Assembly (NCBI GenBank): GCA_951406725.2
Contig: OX597818.1
Location: forward strand, 63,798,001 to 63,862,000
Length of the DNA: 64,000 bases
DNA from: Octopus vulgaris
Taxonomy: Eukaryota
Reading direction: 5' to 3'
The stretch's first letter is position 1, and the number at the start of each line of letters is the position of its first letter. Positions 57,895 to 64,000 of the stretch are shown one piece after another. Position numbers and translations under genes: made by a program. The notes under the pieces were generated by a model. The model was not told the DNA's origin. It worked only from the letters and a program-made list of their open reading frames with translations, and searched no databases.

Positions 57895-58492
57895 GAGAGA
57901 AAAAATGCGAGCGGACATCACATTTCCTCTGTGTTTTCTAAGGAAGGAAGTGTATATTTTTACACTGAACTTGAGTTCGTCGAGTCAATCAGTCAGAAAG
58001 CTTTCAGAAAAAGGAGACGAAATTCTAGCGTCATTAAATCTATAAACAAAGGTATATATTGTCATTGACTCTAGAGAACAACTGTTAAATAGCGTTATTC
58101 GCTTAATTCTTTGCAGAACGAAGATGTTAACATCATCGCAACTACGTGCATGTATATATGTATACACTGATTCAATTGCATAATGTGAATTGGTTTTCGA
58201 CTGGGAATCGTCCTTTTACATGAAGAATTGTTTTGTTTTTTTCTTTATTTCTATACAGGGGCAGACATTCTTAACTAGATCCTGATTACCGAGCGTTTTA
58301 AGTCAATTATGAGTGAAAAAATAATTATTTGAAAACACGATTATCTGACAGAGCTATTAGGATATTTTTTACGTCTAGTGTTTTGAACAAGTCTAGAAGA
58401 ATTTCTTCTATGGAAATAAATCCAGCTGGTGTACCATTCCTGTTTCTCCTTACTTGAACGAGAAACAACTGAGCTACACGTGTGCGCACACA

Positions 58493-58560
<68 letters not shown>

Positions 58561-58868
58561 AGTATATAATAATGAAGAATAAAGAGTTATATTTAAATTC
58601 ACTTGTGTTTAAAATTTATATATCACCATGAAGATAGTGGATACACGTAGGAGCGAGACATGCTGAGGTGGTCATGGGTTGCGTGACGAAAGGCTTTACA
58701 CAAAGGATACTAAGATTATAATTTTAATTAAGCCGAAGTGAAGACCAAGCGTCTAGTGCGTGTGATTATTTGGCCCCAAAATAATTGTCTCCCCAAATGC
58801 ACGATTCTCTTTTTTAACAAACGATATCCCTTAAGGTATCTTACAAAACAAGTACATAAACATAATTA

Positions 58869-59090
58869 TTTCAGTCATTTAACTGCGGCCATGCTGGAGC
58901 ACTGTCTTTTAGTTGAATATATCGATCCCAGGACTTATTCTTTGTAAACCTAGTACTTTTCTATTGGTTTTTATTGCCAACACCGCTAAGTTACGGGGAC
59001 GTAAACACATCAACATCGGTTATCAGTCGATGGTGGGGGCAAACGCAGACACACAAATACATATATACATACACACATACATACATACAG

Positions 59091-59132
<42 letters not shown>

Positions 59133-59336
59133 CAGATATAGGGTGAAAGATAATTAATTTAATAAAATCAACAAATTTCACCTAGTAGTATTTCGGTATG
59201 GAAAAGGACCATATTCGGTAAAAACCTATATAATTATAATAATTATTTGCAAAAGTCTTATTGTTATATATATATGTGTGTGTGTGGGTGTGTGTGTGTG
59301 TATACGACGGGCTTCTTTCAGTTTCCGTCTACCAAA
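58869..59336 (-). mobile_element. SINE A, 5'-truncated, with an about 135-bp insert in its internal microsatellite
   Basis: Tail at 58869-59060 and body CGACGGGCTTCTTTCAGTTTCCGTCTACCAAA at 59305-59336; foreign block at 59131-59265. Confidence 0.8.
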
Positions 59337-60256
59337 AATAACACAGTATGACAATAGAATCAAATTTCAACCGAGCATTGGGTGAGACTCCAGCTGAAAT
59401 TTGTCAAGTGTTCTTATTTCATTTTGTGACTAAAATCTTAAAAGGAACACTCGAATCATTTCATTTTTCCAGAACGGAAAATTAAAATTTTTTTAGAGAT
59501 TAATTAATATCTTTTAATACATATATCCGTACGGCATTCTCTTAAAATTAAGGACACTACAACTTATAGAATAAACTTAATCACTACATGTATCGGCAAG
59601 TAGTAGTACGAATATCTGAGCAATTCGTGTTGGATATTGATAGCAGCATATAATGTAAAAATTAAGTGAACATCTCTCTCAGAAAAACCCATGGCACACA
59701 TGCGCACATGCGCACACGCTGCACGTGTAAAATATATTTCTGTGTATTTTATTACGTATTATGTCTTAATTCACATCCATGCGTGTTGGTATTCGCATTT
59801 ATTTATATATTTGCATCGTTGCATCTCATTTTTTCTGAAACAAATCGTACGAAAAGCATTTAATTGCTATTAGACATTAGAACATTCTTCACAAGGTATG
59901 CTATGTAATCTTTTATTCTTTCTTTTGGATGATCTATTGTTCCAGTAAATGAGAAAACATTCCCTAACATTCAAAGGACTCCTATAGGATTAGGACAGGA
60001 AATTAATGTTCAAGTCAACAAAAGACATTTTTCCAATTGAGCTGTGAACAGCCTTAAGTGAATCACAATTGTTCATTTCCTACCAACAAAAAATAACCCC
60101 CATTTTGCTTAAAGATGTGCATGCAGAAAATTTGTTAGTTAATACATCAATTGCTTTTCATAGAGTTTGCTATTAATACACTTAATCTCTGTAGATCAAG
60201 TACTGTCTTACTTCCATGATTTACTTTCATTATTTACACATGCGATGCTTGGAAAT

Positions 60257-60299
<43 letters not shown>

Positions 60300-60306
60300 T
60301 CTCTCT

Positions 60307-60344
<38 letters not shown>

Positions 60345-61029
60345 CATGTGTTTGTGTGCGTATATTCATTTAGGTGGAAAGGTAGAAATAGCTTATATTT
60401 TCAGCAGAGAGAATCAAATCGTTCATGTTTCCTGTATAAACTATATGAATGCATAGCTAACATTATTATATATTTCAGGCACATTTTGCAATTACCGAGG
60501 TCATAATATGTATCTCCTCGTAATCCACTGCAGTATTAGTAATTTGAGTAACGATGCACGAAATTAATGCACAATTTCCCTAAGAGAGATTTAGCAGCAT
60601 CAAAAATAATACACGACGGGTCATATGCCAGATGCATGCTCCATAGTTATTTACGATCCTAGCGAAATACGTTATGCACATTTGGGAGAAATAATAATTT
60701 CTACGTTGGAAGAGAAGCCAGATATTTATATTAAAGACTTTGTTCTATATAGCAGGAATTACTTGTTGAGTAAATTGTATTTCTTTTGTGAGAAATATGT
60801 TTAAGATTTTTTAAAAAATTATAAGCAGATTTTGAAGCATAGGAAATGAATTTGGCTAAAGTATCTGATATTAAGAATTACTTCCTACAAATAGTTTACA
60901 ACGACGATTCATACTGGATACTCCTCATACCATGGTATCGTAATTAAGAGCTAAAGCCAGTAATGTTGTTATCGTGTGGGTCAGCTTTGACTCAAATATA
61001 ATAGTTTCAAATGTTATCACATGGCTATC

Positions 61030-61212
61030 AATTTTCGAGGGGAGGGATGAAATCGATTACATCGACCCCAGTACATGACTGGTACTTACACGGCTCCAAA
61101 AACATGGAAGGCAAGGTTGATTTTGTTTGAATTTGGAATCAGGACGTAAAGACGGACGAAATGTCGCTTTGTATTTTGTGCGGCATTCTGACCATTCCGT
61201 CAGTTCGCCACC
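61030..61212 (-). mobile_element. Degenerate SINE B-related copy
   Basis: TCGATTACATCGACCCCAGT..ACTGGTACTT...AGACGGACGAAAT. Confidence 0.7.
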
Positions 61213-63181
61213 ATGTCTTTGATTCAAAACTAAAATGATTTAAGTTCTTCCAGCTAAAGCTACAATGATTTAAAACGTCTTTTTCGTGTATGTCGGGATA
61301 TATTAACCAGTGTGTATATTTCTTAAACACAGTTTCGCATATGATTAAATGCACGTCTCATTTATGATTTTAGGAGTTCACTTAACCAAGTAAAGGACCT
61401 TTTGTAGAATGCATATTCGTGGTTACATCTTCCTTGTAAAATATATCAGAGCTTACGCATATTCTCTGTTGAAACAACGTATTTGTCAGCTTGGAGTGAA
61501 CTAAATATTTGACAGACACAAAATTTTCATTATGATCTACATGAATTTCAAAATTTCAAACTCCACTTTAAGTAGTAAATCAACAATATTTAATTTGATT
61601 TTGCTCAGGCCCTAACTTGTTGCATCCATTTTACAGTTTCAAAAATATAAGTACATGATGGTATTATTATGAAACAAAACTCATCCGGTGTTGACTCTGA
61701 TCATTTTATTTCTGTCAGGTATAATCAAATGGAATTTTTCATTTATTAGCTGTGGTGTTGGTAATGAACTTGATATTTTATTTCATTCATTGATCGGACG
61801 TAACCTTTTCCTTCTGCACTTCTACGGAATTTGTAGCTTATGGGAATCGTTTCACAGTTGTATATTTACGATGCGCAATACGTTTATTTCAAACGCCCTT
61901 CTGGTTGATTTTATAGATTACATTAACGATATTTATATCGATTAATACTTTTTACATTAACTGGGAAACAAAATTGCAGCGTTGCATACTGTTTAACTGC
62001 CTTTTAGATTTTTTTCTTAATGTGGAACGCTTCTCTAATCCATGTTAAATGAAAATAAGTGAGATTTCCAAAATTCTGTAGGTATTAATGTCCTTATCAT
62101 GTGAGCTTTTGGAAAAAGAAAACCCATTTTATAATCTGTTTTGAAAAGAAATTTTTTTAGAAAATAAAAATTAAGAAACAAGATTTTCTTATTTTAACAT
62201 ACAAAATTCATTGCTGCTTAATGTTTGAAGCTGCCTACAGAACGCGCTGCAATGAATTTAGATGTTATGCAACACATCAATAGGGAAACCAACGTTACCC
62301 TACATGTTTCCGTTATACACAAATTTGTCGCTTAACATGAAATTTAAATTCATAAAATACGATTAGTTTCGGAATAAAATTAGAATGCTTTTGGTTTTAT
62401 TATCGCCGTTAACCAAACATCGCCATTGTTTAGATGTTGATTGCATTTCATAATATATTGTGAATATATAATCACATATTTACAATATGCCAAACGAACT
62501 GCAACGAGGAAACATGGTATACATCAAGGGAATGTTGCTCATTACATTGTGGTGCGTTGTTCTGAAAGCAGATAGTCTTTCTGGAATATAAACTATAATA
62601 TAAAAGATTAATTGAATTGCTAGACAATAGGTTACTTACCCTTTTATATTAAAGATATTCATTAAAATCGAACTTTCCGCACATAATTCAATTAAATTTA
62701 TCCAACATGCTCACTAGAAAAGACTGAATAATATTATGTTAAAATTACCATAATATCGCAAGCTGTTAATAAATGTAGTTATGAAAAGAATATGCAAACG
62801 CTGCCCTATTTCCCATAGATCTCCCTACGCATTCCACTGTATATACCTCAATGTGATAAATTTGACATCATTATTGTTAGGAGAACTGCAATGAAAAACT
62901 GTTATTTAAATGTGAAAGTATTTGTTTTTAAGTCTGCCAAATAGCAACGCATGTTGGCGATTGTTTCCTGAAAATCAATATTCAGAAGATATTTACGTCT
63001 TTGTAGTCGTATCATGAACTCATATAATTTCCAAATTTGTTATACTCTTGATATTCATATCTATCAGAGGTGAGTTCATAACAGTTACTTTCGTCCCCCT
63101 TGTTTAATATTCAATAAATGCATATGAACAAAATTTTACGGACATCAATAGTGTCTATTGCTCTTAAAATTAAAATTCATT

Positions 63182-63390
63182 TAAGGCGACGCGCTGGCAC
63201 AAACGTAAACACATGATAGGCGGTATTTCGTCTCTCTTTACATTCTTAGTTCAAATTCCACCAAGGTCAACTTTGCCTTTCATCCTTTCGGATGCGATAA
63301 ATTAAGTACCAGTTGTGTACTGGCGTCAATTTTATTGGCTGATCCCCTTCCCAAAAATTTGGGGCCTTTTTGCCTGGAGTAGGAAAGAAG
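63182..63390 (+). mobile_element. SINE B-related monomer with second tail type
   Basis: TAAGGCGACGCGCTGGCAC...CTTTGCCTTTCATCCTTTCGG..GATAAATTAAGTACCAGTT..CCAAAAATTT. Confidence 0.8.
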
Positions 63391-63824
63391 ATTATAATTC
63401 AATTTTCAGTTCGTTATTTCAGGAAAAATAGGGCTTAAGATTTTAATATTCGCATACAATATCCTATGCTGTATGATGTTAAATTTTATCTTCACACGTA
63501 TCAGTTGGTATATAAGTAACACAGAGTTGACAGCCGATTTTAAACTTACTCTGCACTTATCATTTATCCTTACTCAAAACGTTTTACAAACTTAATGAAG
63601 TTCTTCTTGTGTGCGTCTTATTTTGGTTCGTAGATTAACAGTTCTGGGTATTTTGAGCTTGCGTTTACGTGTGTTTGACTGTGAATTTCTGTCTACCAAT
63701 ATATGTATGCATCTATTTCTCAATCTATCTATCTATCTATCTTTCCTTCCTTCTCCTTTTTCTCTGGCTATACAAACACAGATATACACATGCGTATATA
63801 CATACACATATAAACACACACACA

Positions 63825-63849
<25 letters not shown>

Positions 63850-63861
<12 letters not shown>

Positions 63862-64000
63862 GGCAGTTTGTCTGTGTGTGTTTCTGTGAGTCTGTTTGGT
63901 TGTACCCTCACTCTGACCACGGCTTTCAACCGATTCTGATGAAACTTGACACACACAGTTCTGAAAAAGATCGATAAATTCGACATGGGGTCGACAATCA
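63850..64000 (+). mobile_element. Probable non-autonomous Helitron 5' part (runs off the window)
   Basis: TATATATAAA, a TGTCTG-type tract and AACCGATTCTGATGAAACTTGACACA resemble Lep1/DINE-1-like rolling-circle elements (from recall). Confidence 0.45.

Overview
AT-rich, repeat-dense eukaryotic DNA with no recognisable intact protein-coding gene, so probably intergenic or deep intronic. The SINE families and the (TA)n/(TAA)n/(GATA)n load look like an octopus (coleoid cephalopod) genome; this is inferred from recalled repeat sequences and is unverified. Most ORFs in the supplied track are microsatellite read-throughs. What can be supported: about 25 tRNA-headed SINE copies of several families (my labels A-D), many with clear TSDs; three R4/Dong-type non-LTR fragments with CCHC and restriction-like endonuclease motifs, anchored in (TAA)n; two CR1-group LINE remnants; a decayed Tc1/mariner DD37D (maT-like) transposase; a 5'-truncated Penelope-like element (PLE) encoding a GIY-YIG endonuclease; foldback/MITE elements; a probable Helitron end; and a 100-N gap. 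The most striking signal is a microsatellite-hosted set of about ten short elements carrying intact or decayed type-I hammerhead ribozyme (HHR) cores. One HHR element family has an R4/Dong fragment in its adjoining (TAA)n tract at two separate loci. Element boundaries without TSDs are approximate.
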